DNA from: an uncultured bacterium
GTDB lineage: Bacteria; Oederibacteriota; JAAXVQ01; JAUVAV01
Direction: 5' to 3'
Length of the DNA: 64,000 nt
NCBI GenBank assembly: GCA_963710755.1
Contig: CAVQBK010000003.1
Span: forward strand, 576,001-640,000
Positions 38,323 to 47,470 of this stretch are shown here, in pieces. Positions within the stretch are counted from its first letter, which is position 1; every line of letters starts with the position of its first letter. The notes under the pieces were generated by a model that was not told the DNA's origin, did no database searches, and saw nothing but the letters and a program-made list of their open reading frames with translations. The translations under genes and the position numbers were made by a program.

Positions 38323-38718
38323 TTATCGTTTTAATAAAAATTTGGGAACGCATTTAAAAATAAATTCCAAATCCCCTAATTGCAAAGGATAGTTATCGAT
38401 CAACTCGGCATCATGAACCTGCGCGCCATTGACGCGCGTGCCTTTGGTGGAATTCAAATCGGCCAAAGTGAATTCGTCGCCGTTCATATTGCGGATAAAG
38501 GCGTGTTCCGGTGAAATGGAGGTATGCTTTAAGACAATATCATTTTTATCCAAAGAGCCAATGGTGTTTTTGCCCTCGCGAATGGGAAAATCCATGCCCA
38601 AATAAAGGCCATTGGTGCCCAGCAGCCAGCCTACGACCGGTTTGAGGCAGGTGGGACAAATTTTCCAGGAAGGATGCATTATATGTTTTTTTCTGCAAAC
38701 TTTTAATCTTCTCAGCAT
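38323..38718 (-). CDS. FHA-domain protein with N-terminal zinc ribbon
   Basis: IGS...NDIVL....IS.EHA.I.....L.DLNST.GT.VNG. Confidence 0.82.
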   Translation of the reverse strand: MLRRLKVCRKKHIMHPSWKICPTCLKPVVGWLLGTNGLYLGMDFPIREGKNTIGSLDKNDIVLKHTSISPEHAFIRNMNGDEFTLADLNSTKGTRVNGAQVHDAELIDNYPLQLGDLEFIFKCVPKFLLKR

Positions 38719-39065
38719 AATCCTTGATCTCCATTGGCCGGACTAGCGTAGCCGCAGTTTCACAAAACAAATACTCATTATCCATGTTTAGGCTTGGAAA
38801 GCAAGGAGTTTTTGGACGTGGCCGATCGGGCAAGGATGGCGGGAAGCCCTTGTTAATCATATAAAGCCGAAAGTGTGTCAATTAAAGCTTCCCTTACGCA
38901 AACATTTGGTTTAAAATTTCCCAGTTCCATAAAATAAGATTTTTGTCTTAATTAATCTATTAAGAAGATTTTTGCCTACATTCTATATAAAATGCCATAC
39001 AGCAAGCCGTCCGGTGTTTAGTCCTGAAGTGATGAACATTTAATGCATTCATTCAAGCCAGTACG

Positions 39066-39081
39066 GGGCATTGTAGTTGCA
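39066..39081 (+). promoter_or_regulatory. Putative sigma54 -24/-12 promoter of the CIS structural operon
   Basis: GGGCAT-TGTAG-TTGCA (GG-N10-GC) about 40 bp upstream of ATG 39120, preceded by an AT-rich tract. Confidence 0.6.
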
Positions 39082-39119
39082 CAATAAAGGCCATGACTTG
39101 ATGTGTTTAAAGGAAATCA

Positions 39120-39695
39120 ATGACGGAGAGTGCTGTTTCCATGGATCCTATCAACTGTATAGAAGCGATGGGCGCTTTTCTCAAAGAGAAGGTTCACGAG
39201 CATCATCAATTAACTCTTGGGATGGAATTCAATCCGCCTACTGATGAGCGCCTGCGTGAAAAAAAATTATTCATCTTTCCTTATGAAATCAAAGAAGACC
39301 TTTTAAAAGCCAATAAAAGCAGAAGCCATTTCACCGCCACCGATAAAAATGGAAAACCCTATGAATACGAAACCCTGCCGCCCTTTTATGGACAGCTCAC
39401 CCTGATCCTGACCTGCAATGCGGAATCCTCCCTGCATAGTTCGATTCTCCTGCTTAAGGTTCAGCAAATCATACAAGAATACGGCACCTTTAAAGTTCAG
39501 GACGAAGTCGTGCCCTTCAAAATACTTTCATCATTTTCCATGTCAAATTTGGCGGACCTATGGCGCAGCCTGGGCGTGCCTTTTCGACCGGCTTTAGCCA
39601 TGCAGATAAACCTGGAATTGGCACCAGTGCGCCGCTGGAACATCAAATTGGTTAAAGAACGGATTATTCATACCAGTATTAATGAAGATAAATAA
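39120..39695 (+). CDS. Pvc16/Afp16 (DUF4255) tail terminator-like protein
   Basis: PP......L.IF.Y.I.ED, LPP, L.DLW.SLG.PFRPAL; immediately upstream of sheath. Confidence 0.72.
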   Translation: MTESAVSMDPINCIEAMGAFLKEKVHEHHQLTLGMEFNPPTDERLREKKLFIFPYEIKEDLLKANKSRSHFTATDKNGKPYEYETLPPFYGQLTLILTCNAESSLHSSILLLKVQQIIQEYGTFKVQDEVVPFKILSSFSMSNLADLWRSLGVPFRPALAMQINLELAPVRRWNIKLVKERIIHTSINEDK

Positions 39696-39721
39696 AATAA
39701 ATCAGCACAAAGGGGGTAAGC

Positions 39722-40915
39722 ATGCCAACGTATCAAACACCGGGAGTGTATGTGGAAGAAAGGGAAGGAACGTCCAAACCCATCGAGTCGGTGGGAACAT
39801 CGGTGGTGGGCTTTTTGGGTATCTCCCAAAAAGGGCCCGTCAATGAACCGAAATTAATTACCAATTGGTCTCAATTTACGGCCACCTTCGGCGATTTTGA
39901 ACACAGCGACTATTTGGCCCATGCGGTTTACGGATTTTTTGCCAATGGCGGTGGGCGTTGCTATGTCAGCAATGTAGGGTCCGGCAAGGATGATCGCCGA
40001 AAAAATATCGAACCGCCCAAGGAAGGGCAGCCAGCCCCCGCGCCGGCGCCGGACAAGGGCTTTGACGCGCTTTTTATCGGCGAGGATAAGGGCCCGGGCG
40101 CGCGTTCGGGAGTAAAGGCTTTTGAAGACATCGATGATATTTCAATTGTGTGCGCGCCGGGCATTACGTCTCCCGCGATTTGGGATGCTTTGTTGTCGCA
40201 TTGCGAAAACAAGAAAGACCGTTTTGCCATTTTGGATTCACCGCGCGAAATCAAAGCCATCGACCAAATGCCCAAACCAAGGGATTCCAAATACGGCGCT
40301 TATTATTTCCCCTGGATCAAGGTCTACGATCCCTTGAAAAAGAAGGAGGTCTCCATGCCGCCGAGCGGCCATATGGCGGGTATTTATTCCTTTGTGGATG
40401 GCTCACGCGGGGTGCATAAGGCACCGGCCAATGAAGTAATACGCGGGGCCCTGGGGTTGGAATACCGCATCAGTCATGGGGAGCAGGAACTGCTCAATCC
40501 CAAGGGGATCAACTGCCTTCGTGAATTCCCCGACCGCGGCATTCGGGTGTGGGGAGCACGCACGATTTCCAGTGATCCGGCCTGGCGTTACATTAACGTG
40601 CGCCGCCTGTTCATTATGGTCGAAAAATCCATAGAAATCGGGACGCAGTGGGTGGTGTTCGAACCGAATGACATGAAACTTTGGAAAAAAATTCAGCGCA
40701 ATATCAGCGCGTTTCTGTTGCGGGTATGGCGCGACGGCGCCCTCTTCGGCACCACGCCGGAGGAAGCTTTTTACGTCAAATGTGACAGCGAAACCAATCC
40801 GCCTGAAGTCATTGACGCGGGTCAGGTGGTGATCGAGGTCGGTATCGCCCCGGTCAAACCCGCGGAATTTGTCATCTTCCGGATAGCCCAGAAAGCGTAT
40901 GGCAAGGAAGACTAA
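39722..40915 (+). CDS. Contractile tail sheath protein 1
   Basis: YQTPGVYVEE, GFFANGGG.CY, PPSGHMAG, GVHKAPANE, VWGARTI, WRYINVRR, FEPND, APVKPAEFV. Confidence 0.95.
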   Translation: MPTYQTPGVYVEEREGTSKPIESVGTSVVGFLGISQKGPVNEPKLITNWSQFTATFGDFEHSDYLAHAVYGFFANGGGRCYVSNVGSGKDDRRKNIEPPKEGQPAPAPAPDKGFDALFIGEDKGPGARSGVKAFEDIDDISIVCAPGITSPAIWDALLSHCENKKDRFAILDSPREIKAIDQMPKPRDSKYGAYYFPWIKVYDPLKKKEVSMPPSGHMAGIYSFVDGSRGVHKAPANEVIRGALGLEYRISHGEQELLNPKGINCLREFPDRGIRVWGARTISSDPAWRYINVRRLFIMVEKSIEIGTQWVVFEPNDMKLWKKIQRNISAFLLRVWRDGALFGTTPEEAFYVKCDSETNPPEVIDAGQVVIEVGIAPVKPAEFVIFRIAQKAYGKED

Positions 40916-41061
40916 AAGCGACTCAGAAAGAGGATGACTGGTGATCCCTATGGGGATGAAAGGTGACGGGCCCGATCACGGCTAGGGTGGTCGGGCATTG
41001 ACACCAGGCGTGACCGAACTTGCGCACTAGCATTGAACAATATCAAAAAGGAGGATACATT

Positions 41062-41496
41062 ATGGCAACCGGCACTCGGAAAGATCCTTTAATCGGCGGC
41101 AGTTTTATGGTCGAGATAGACGGCATCAACGTGGGTAATTTTAAGGAAGTGACAGGCCTCAATTCCGAAACCGAAGTGGTGGAAGACCGCGGCGGCAAAG
41201 ACCGTACGGCGCGTAAAATTCCCGGCAAGATCAGGTACCAAAATATCGTGCTCAAACGCGGCTGGACCGGTAGCGACGAACTCTGGAAATGGCGTAAATC
41301 GGTCATTGACGGCAAAGTGGAACGCAAATCAGGCTCGATTATTCTCTTAGGTGAAGATGGCGAGACCGAGTTGTTGCGTTACAATTTTTTTGAGGCTTGG
41401 CCGCTTAAGTGGGAAGGACCGACCTTGGCCGGTGGCAGTCAGGATACCATGATCGAAGTTGTGGAGCTGACCCACGAAGGCGTGATGCGGGCTTAA
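41062..41496 (+). CDS. Tail tube protein (T4 gp19-like, Afp1/5)
   Basis: F.VEIDG....F.EV.GL..E, PG...Y.NIVLKRG, W.W, R.SGSI, AWP.KW.GP.L. Confidence 0.93.
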   Translation: MATGTRKDPLIGGSFMVEIDGINVGNFKEVTGLNSETEVVEDRGGKDRTARKIPGKIRYQNIVLKRGWTGSDELWKWRKSVIDGKVERKSGSIILLGEDGETELLRYNFFEAWPLKWEGPTLAGGSQDTMIEVVELTHEGVMRA

Positions 41497-41499
41497 GCT

Positions 41500-41862
41500 A
41501 TGAAAACAGAATTTGAATTTACACTCCCGCGCGGCTATGTGGATGGCGAGGGCAACCTGCATCAAAAGGGCTGGATGCGGCTGGCTCGGGCCAAGGACAC
41601 CCTGCTGCCGCTGCAGGACCCCCGGGTTAAAAAAAATGAAAATTATCTGATACTTATTCTGCTTTCCCGGGTGGTTACCCGGCTGGGAAAATTAAAGATG
41701 GTCAATCCGCCCGTGATTGAAGGCTTGTTCGCGGCTGATCTGGCCTATCTTATGGAATTTTACCGCCGGATTAACGAAGCGCCTTTCCGGGAAATTGCCC
41801 TCCATTGCCAGGCATGTCAGAAGGATTATACCGGGCAGGTGAATTTATTGGGGGAATGGTAG
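41500..41862 (+). CDS. Tail assembly chaperone
   Basis: TEFEFTLPRGYVD..G.LH..G.MRLA.A.D...DPRV..N...LSRV...LG...EGLF..DL.YL..FY.RIN. Confidence 0.85.
   Translation: MKTEFEFTLPRGYVDGEGNLHQKGWMRLARAKDTLLPLQDPRVKKNENYLILILLSRVVTRLGKLKMVNPPVIEGLFAADLAYLMEFYRRINEAPFREIALHCQACQKDYTGQVNLLGEW
41850..41856 (+). other. Putative -1 ribosomal frameshift slippery site G GGG GAA
   Basis: In-frame TTG GGG GAA TGG TAG at the chaperone end; the -1 frame reads GGG GGA ATG GTA GGC TAC into the next ORF. Confidence 0.65.
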
Positions 41863-42026
41863 GCTACCCTTTGGAGTTGCTCCGCAAGGAGGTAGCCTAC
41901 ATTGCCTATCATTTCCATTGGAGCAAAGATGAGGTGCTGGCCATGGAGCATGGGGAACGCCAGGCCTGGTTACGGGAGATTGCCGATATCAACCGCCGTA
42001 TGAATGAAGGCCAGCCGGAAAGCTAG
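41856..42026 (+). CDS. DUF6760-like small protein (probable frameshift extension of the chaperone)
   Basis: YP...L..EVAYIAYHFHW...E.L.MEH.ER..W..EI..IN. Confidence 0.8.
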   Translation: MVGYPLELLRKEVAYIAYHFHWSKDEVLAMEHGERQAWLREIADINRRMNEGQPES

Positions 42027-42298
42027 CCGGCAGGGGCGTGACTTCTCGCGCCCCTTCACGGCGGATGATCCTAATAAGCTTGTGGTGAAGCAGATATCGA
42101 AAATAGACTGCATTGTAAGTACTCAGGTCTTTTGCATATCTAAGCTGGCCAAAGACACGTTATCTACGCGCGGTATGCGCGGAATGGCCTGAGCAGTTAC
42201 ACCGTATTTATTTATGTTTTATTTTATTAATGTTCAAATGCTTCGTAACTCATCCATCACAGACTTGACAGGACTGATGAGTTACAAAGAAGGTACCT

Positions 42299-43816
42299 AT
42301 GCTTCGTTATCCTTCTCCAGGGGTATGGATTGAATCCACTGATAAAAATCCTTTGCCTCTGAAATTGACAACCACCAGTGCAGCCGGTTTCGTGGGCCTG
42401 GCCCAACGGGGGCCGCTGCATACGCCTGTACGCATTCACAGCTGGGAAGAGTTTAAAACCATTTTCGGGGAGCCTGTAACTTTTGCCCATCTGCCCTGGG
42501 CCGTGGCCGGCTATTTTGAAAATGGCGGCCAATCCTGCGTGGTGGTGCGGGTGGCTCATTTGGATCCCGGGCAGCCCACCACAGAAACATCGGCAGCTTC
42601 CCTTTTGCTGAACGATCAGGAACAAAAGCCCTATTTGCGCATTCAGGCCATTGAGCCCGGAACGTGGGGCAATGCCATCACCCTTTCCGTTGTGCCCTTG
42701 AACGAACCAGCCGGTGCCTTTCATTTTTTTGTGCAGTATAAGAAACAACGTGAGGAGTACCGGCAGGTATCGCTCGATCCCGGGCATGAGCGCTATGTGC
42801 TGAGCTATGTGAACAGCCATTCGCGCTTGATTCAGGTCGCCGCCGTGCCGGGGCTGAAGGATCCGTCTCCCATGTCCCTGGAAAATCTTTGCCTGGAAAA
42901 TGGCCGAGACGGTTTGGCGGCCATGCACCCAGGGGATTTTTTAGGGCAGCCCGAGGGGGAACAACCGGCCACAGGACTGCACGCTCTGCAGCGGTTTGAA
43001 GAGGCGGTGGTGCTGGCCATTCCCGATGCAGTGAACGTCCTGTTGTTTACTGGGCAGGATGGCGCACAGCAGGTGAAGATGATCCAACAGGGGCTGATCG
43101 ATTATTGCCATCTCCATCCCTTGCGCTTTGCCTTGTTGGATCCTCCCCCGACGTTGGACTTGGCGGGCATTACGGCCTGGCGCAGGCAATTTGATTCCAG
43201 CCGGGCGGCGCTTTATTATCCTTCGTTGCGTATTTTGGATAGCGACGGCCGGTTGCTCCAGCAACCGCCTAGCGGGCATGTAGCCGGTCTGCTGAGCCGG
43301 CTGGACCGGGAAAGCCTGATGAAAAAAAATCCAGCCAACGAACCCCTGGCCGGAGCCGTGGGCACATTGATGGAATTCGATGTGGCAAGTTTGGAATTGT
43401 TGCATCAGCGTCACATCAATCCCATTCGCACAATGAAAGGCCGCGGCCTGCGCGTGTGGGGTGCCCGCACCTTGAGCAGTGCTCCCGAATGGCGCCATAT
43501 CAACACCCGGCGCCTGATCTCGCGTATTGAACAAAGCCTGCAAGCCGGCATGGCCTGGGCCATTTTTGAACCTAATTACCCGGATTTATGGAAAACCCTG
43601 ATCCGCAGCGCCACCGGCTTTTTACTGGACCTTTGGAAAGACGGTTATCTGTCCGGCGTTACGCCCGAGGAGGCGTTTTACGTTAAATGCGATGAGGAAA
43701 CCAATCCCGAAGCCGAGCGTGACTTGGGCCGGGTAACCGTGGAAGTGGGGCTGGCCATTGCCCGCCCGGCGGAGTTTTTTGTGGTCAGAATATCGGAAAA
43801 GACCATGGAGGCGTAA
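42299..43816 (+). CDS. Contractile tail sheath protein 2
   Basis: PGVWIE, FVGLAQRGP, GYFENGG, PPSGHVAG, PANE, VWGARTL, FEPN, RPAEF. Confidence 0.93.
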   Translation: MLRYPSPGVWIESTDKNPLPLKLTTTSAAGFVGLAQRGPLHTPVRIHSWEEFKTIFGEPVTFAHLPWAVAGYFENGGQSCVVVRVAHLDPGQPTTETSAASLLLNDQEQKPYLRIQAIEPGTWGNAITLSVVPLNEPAGAFHFFVQYKKQREEYRQVSLDPGHERYVLSYVNSHSRLIQVAAVPGLKDPSPMSLENLCLENGRDGLAAMHPGDFLGQPEGEQPATGLHALQRFEEAVVLAIPDAVNVLLFTGQDGAQQVKMIQQGLIDYCHLHPLRFALLDPPPTLDLAGITAWRRQFDSSRAALYYPSLRILDSDGRLLQQPPSGHVAGLLSRLDRESLMKKNPANEPLAGAVGTLMEFDVASLELLHQRHINPIRTMKGRGLRVWGARTLSSAPEWRHINTRRLISRIEQSLQAGMAWAIFEPNYPDLWKTLIRSATGFLLDLWKDGYLSGVTPEEAFYVKCDEETNPEAERDLGRVTVEVGLAIARPAEFFVVRISEKTMEA

Positions 43817-43854
43817 GCAGGGGTCCGTTTTGTCCTGTAAACCAAGGAGGCGCT

Positions 43855-44316
43855 ATGGGGATTTTTCAAACAGGTGGACGTAACGAGGACGCGCACGGCA
43901 GCCACAGTTTTTCCATCGACATTGACGGGTTGAGCTTGGGGCAATTCACCAACGCCAACGGGCTGGAGATGGAAACCGAAGTGGTGGAGTATCGCGAAGG
44001 CGGCAACAACCGGCAATCGTTGAAATTCCGGGGTGCCGGCCGTTATCCCAACATCACGCTGGAGCGTGGGTTTACCGCTTCCGACGAGCTGTGGCGATGG
44101 TTTGTGGACTGCCAAAGAGGGAGCGGGGCCATGCCGCGCAAAGACGGTTCCATTGTCCTTCACGACCAGGAAGGCAATGAAGTCTGCCGGTGGAATTTTT
44201 TTAGAGGCTGGCCATGCCGCTGGGTAGGGCCGGCGCTGCAATCAGAAGACAGTGGGGGATCGGTGGAGGTGCTGGAGATTGCCCATGAATTGCTGGAATT
44301 TCAAAAGGGGAGATAA
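43855..44316 (+). CDS. Tail tube protein 2 (gp19-like)
   Basis: F....GL..E.EV.EYREGG, YPNITL.RG, RKDGSIVL, WNF..GWP.RW.GP.L, E.LEIAHE. Confidence 0.92.
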   Translation: MGIFQTGGRNEDAHGSHSFSIDIDGLSLGQFTNANGLEMETEVVEYREGGNNRQSLKFRGAGRYPNITLERGFTASDELWRWFVDCQRGSGAMPRKDGSIVLHDQEGNEVCRWNFFRGWPCRWVGPALQSEDSGGSVEVLEIAHELLEFQKGR

Positions 44317-44322
44317 CCGGGC

Positions 44323-46737
44323 GTGACATTCGAAAGGATTTTGAAAAAACTAATTTTTGCCCGCCAAGCCTATATAACCGGCGCACGCTTTATGGAACAA
44401 GCTGAAAGAGCCGGCGATCCTGGGGAGCAACAAGAACTTCGTCAGCAGGCAGAGGGCCATTTTAGCCGGGCTCAAATCATCCATGCCGAATTGCAGCCCT
44501 GGCACGGCCAGGCCTGGCCGGAACAGCTGGGTCCGGAGCATGGAAAACAGATTGAAGCTGTGGAGCACAGCCTTACAACTTTAATGATCGGACCATGGTT
44601 GGGACGACAATACCGTTTGCTCTGGCCGCAGCTTGAGCGCGTCTGCCATTTGTTTCCACAAATGTTGAAACCCATTTATGAGCAGGCCCATCGCGGCAGC
44701 ATTCTTTTTCCCCAAGCTCCTGAAGGTGCCTATGCTGGGGGAGGCATGCCGGGCATGGCCCAGTCCGGCCTGGCCAAGCCTGCATTTTGGCGCCAGCTCG
44801 ATGTCTGGCAAAATGTCAATCAAGAACTTGTTACGGTGGTGGAACGTTCTTCTGAAGGGGAGCTCCCTTTTCCTCCGGAGGAAGGGGAAAAGACATCGAA
44901 AGCCATAGCCGGAAAGTCCGAACCTGCTGCTGCGATCACCTCCCAGGGGCTCCTGTCTACGGCCAATGCATCTCAACCTCAGGATACCGCCACCAAGGTA
45001 GAAGGGTCATTGTCCGGCGATAAATCTTTCCACCCGGCGCAAGAGAATGCAACGCCGAAAGCCATGACAGGAAAGTCCGAACCTGCTGCTGCGATCACCT
45101 CCCAGGGGCTCCTGTCTACGGACAATGCATCTCAACCTCAGGATACCGCCACCAAGGCGGAAGGGTCATTGCCCGGTGACAAATCTTTCCACCCGGCGCA
45201 AGACAATGCCGACCCGGAAGCCATGGCAGAAACTTCTGAATCTACGGGCTTGATTCCCTCCGGCAGCCCCATACCCACGGCTGATGATATCCAACTCCGG
45301 ACGTTCTTACCACCGCCGCCGCGGCTGCTTTTTTTCCACCTGGGAAAATCCAATCCTGGCGGCATACTTTATGATCCCACCGGTGAAGTCATGGAATGGC
45401 TTCACCCCCGTCACCAGGAGACACCGTTGGAAAACGATGGCCAAACCACTGCTACGCTGCAGGAAAAAATTCTGGAAAAGCTTCAGGTTCTGCGCCAGGC
45501 CATGGCCAAGCAGAACATTCGGCAGGTGCAGTGGATTGTAGCGCCGCCTACATCAACCGAAGCTTGGCAGCAGGTTAAACAAGCCGTACCGGCGGCTTAC
45601 AGTGAGCTATTTAACAACCAAGCTCACATCATGCCGGTTAGCGATTTTCAATGGGCTGCCTTCAGACAAAGCAGTCCGATTCCGGTGTTAAGCGCCCAGA
45701 GCTTGCCTTCGCCTGTGTCCCTGCCTTCTGCATTGGGGAAAGCCGACACTGCTGTCCGTCAGTCAATGGATAGTTCGGCAGCAACACCTGCTTTTACGCC
45801 GCCTCCGGGCCGTGTTGATTTTCAGGAAAGGGTGAACCCTCGCCCAACCGAACAGCCCCTGGCCATGCGCACCTCGCCAGGGCAGCCTTCGTCTGCATTC
45901 ACCAATTCCGTGGAAGCAGAAAAAGCTCAAAACTATTCACCTACGGTTGCCGGAGCCCAAGGGGTATGGCCTGAGCCACCTGAACCAGTGTTGCCAAGGT
46001 CAGCTGAATTTAAAACTGAAATTAATTCCTTTTTCCCACATCCAGCGGATAACCGCCTGCAGCCGGAATATCCTGCACCTCTGTCACCAGCGTCCGGGAC
46101 CATGCCGCCCATAACAACGTTTTCTTTGCCGCTAGTTGATGTAAAAGCCGCGGAGGCGCCATCCCACCCATCTGGGATGGGCGTAGCACAGATAAGGCCA
46201 TCGGGGACAGATAACTTAAAGAAAGTAAATGCCGGGCGGAGGGGCGAACAATTTTTTGCTCCTGCAACTGCTGCCCCCCGGGCATTGGCAGAACCGTCAT
46301 TGGCAATGCCCGGAAAGCGGGCCCTTAATACCGGTGTACCTTCATCCCTACTGCCTTTGACCGGGCCGGCCTCGCGCTCTACAAGTCCTGCGTTGCCCAA
46401 CCAGCCCAGGCCGGGCAAGACCGTTGCCCATTACGGCACGCCCTGGCAGCAATTGATTTTTCTTATTTCACGAAAATCCGGAAAGGCGGGATCTTCCTCG
46501 CAAGACCAGGTCACGCCGGCCGTTCACAGGGATGTTGCGGCCATTAGCACGCCCAGGGCGCAGGTTAACCCTCTGCGTCTGGCTGCTGAAGACCGGTCCG
46601 GATTCACGGCGCCAACCGGGCGCAATACTCCGCGCCGCCAATTTATACAAGAAGCGGCCCAGATGTTTTACCGCTGGTACACGCGGTTGAAGAAGCAAGA
46701 GTCTGAACGGCAGACCATGGGACAAGGCGGGTTATGA
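44323..46737 (+). CDS. Large low-complexity Pro/Ala/Ser-rich protein (possible tape-measure equivalent)
   Basis: 804-aa ORF coupled to tube 2 and DUF4157 genes; helical termini; internal 53-aa duplication. Confidence 0.5.
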   Translation: MTFERILKKLIFARQAYITGARFMEQAERAGDPGEQQELRQQAEGHFSRAQIIHAELQPWHGQAWPEQLGPEHGKQIEAVEHSLTTLMIGPWLGRQYRLLWPQLERVCHLFPQMLKPIYEQAHRGSILFPQAPEGAYAGGGMPGMAQSGLAKPAFWRQLDVWQNVNQELVTVVERSSEGELPFPPEEGEKTSKAIAGKSEPAAAITSQGLLSTANASQPQDTATKVEGSLSGDKSFHPAQENATPKAMTGKSEPAAAITSQGLLSTDNASQPQDTATKAEGSLPGDKSFHPAQDNADPEAMAETSESTGLIPSGSPIPTADDIQLRTFLPPPPRLLFFHLGKSNPGGILYDPTGEVMEWLHPRHQETPLENDGQTTATLQEKILEKLQVLRQAMAKQNIRQVQWIVAPPTSTEAWQQVKQAVPAAYSELFNNQAHIMPVSDFQWAAFRQSSPIPVLSAQSLPSPVSLPSALGKADTAVRQSMDSSAATPAFTPPPGRVDFQERVNPRPTEQPLAMRTSPGQPSSAFTNSVEAEKAQNYSPTVAGAQGVWPEPPEPVLPRSAEFKTEINSFFPHPADNRLQPEYPAPLSPASGTMPPITTFSLPLVDVKAAEAPSHPSGMGVAQIRPSGTDNLKKVNAGRRGEQFFAPATAAPRALAEPSLAMPGKRALNTGVPSSLLPLTGPASRSTSPALPNQPRPGKTVAHYGTPWQQLIFLISRKSGKAGSSSQDQVTPAVHRDVAAISTPRAQVNPLRLAAEDRSGFTAPTGRNTPRRQFIQEAAQMFYRWYTRLKKQESERQTMGQGGL
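44896..45225 (+). repeat. 159-bp tandem duplication (2 copies) within the 804-aa ORF
   Basis: GGAAAGTCCGAACCTGCTGCTGCGATC... at 44911 and 45070. Confidence 0.9.
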
Positions 46738-47432
46738 GCATACACTTTCGCAAAATCAAAGTCACCGTGCGCTTTAACAACAGCGGAGAAGCCAAGCCGG
46801 ATTTAGCGGACATTAAACCGTCAGAAGAAACCCCGCCGGCTTGGTTGGCGGGGATTAAGCCGCAGCCTCTGGATATGAGCACGCAAAACGCTTATAGGTC
46901 CATTTTGGGGGATATGAGCGACGTGCGGATTTTTCAGCATCCTGCTTTTTCCACGGCCCTGGATCAACTGCGTGCTGATGCAGCTGCCCAGGGAAAAGAT
47001 ATTTTTATACGGCAAGGCAAATTCAACCTGGACACAGCCGAGGGCCGAGGTCTGCTGGCCCATGAATTGACCCATGCAGCGCAGGATAGCGCCATGGACC
47101 CGGGTGCAGCCGAACAGGCAGCGTTGTATCAGGAAAAAGCCGCACGCACCAGGGAAAAAGCCGGGCCTGACCGGCCGGCTTCCCGTCCTGCTTTAGGTAA
47201 GAAGCCCGATCTTGCTGCCGGCCAACCTGCTGTCTTGCGCACGGCAGCCAAAGATCGCTCCCTGGCCGGGACCAGTGCAACAGGCATTCCTTCAGATGGC
47301 TGGCCGGTGCAGCTGGCCAGTGGAGAGCTGGCTTTTTTGTCGCGCACGGAATTGCAGCAGGCCTTTTATTTGGCAAAGAAGTTGATTGAAGAGCAGGGCA
47401 ATGAATTCGAAGGGTCAGGTCCGCAGGTTTAA
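46734..47432 (+). CDS. DUF4157 (eCIS core) domain protein
   Basis: LGDMSDVRI......L.ADA...G.DIF...G.F......G.GLLAHELTH..Q. Confidence 0.85.
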   Translation: MSIHFRKIKVTVRFNNSGEAKPDLADIKPSEETPPAWLAGIKPQPLDMSTQNAYRSILGDMSDVRIFQHPAFSTALDQLRADAAAQGKDIFIRQGKFNLDTAEGRGLLAHELTHAAQDSAMDPGAAEQAALYQEKAARTREKAGPDRPASRPALGKKPDLAAGQPAVLRTAAKDRSLAGTSATGIPSDGWPVQLASGELAFLSRTELQQAFYLAKKLIEEQGNEFEGSGPQV

Positions 47433-47470
47433 AAAGCACGGGGACAAAGTTGAGAATGAAGAGGGGCGGG

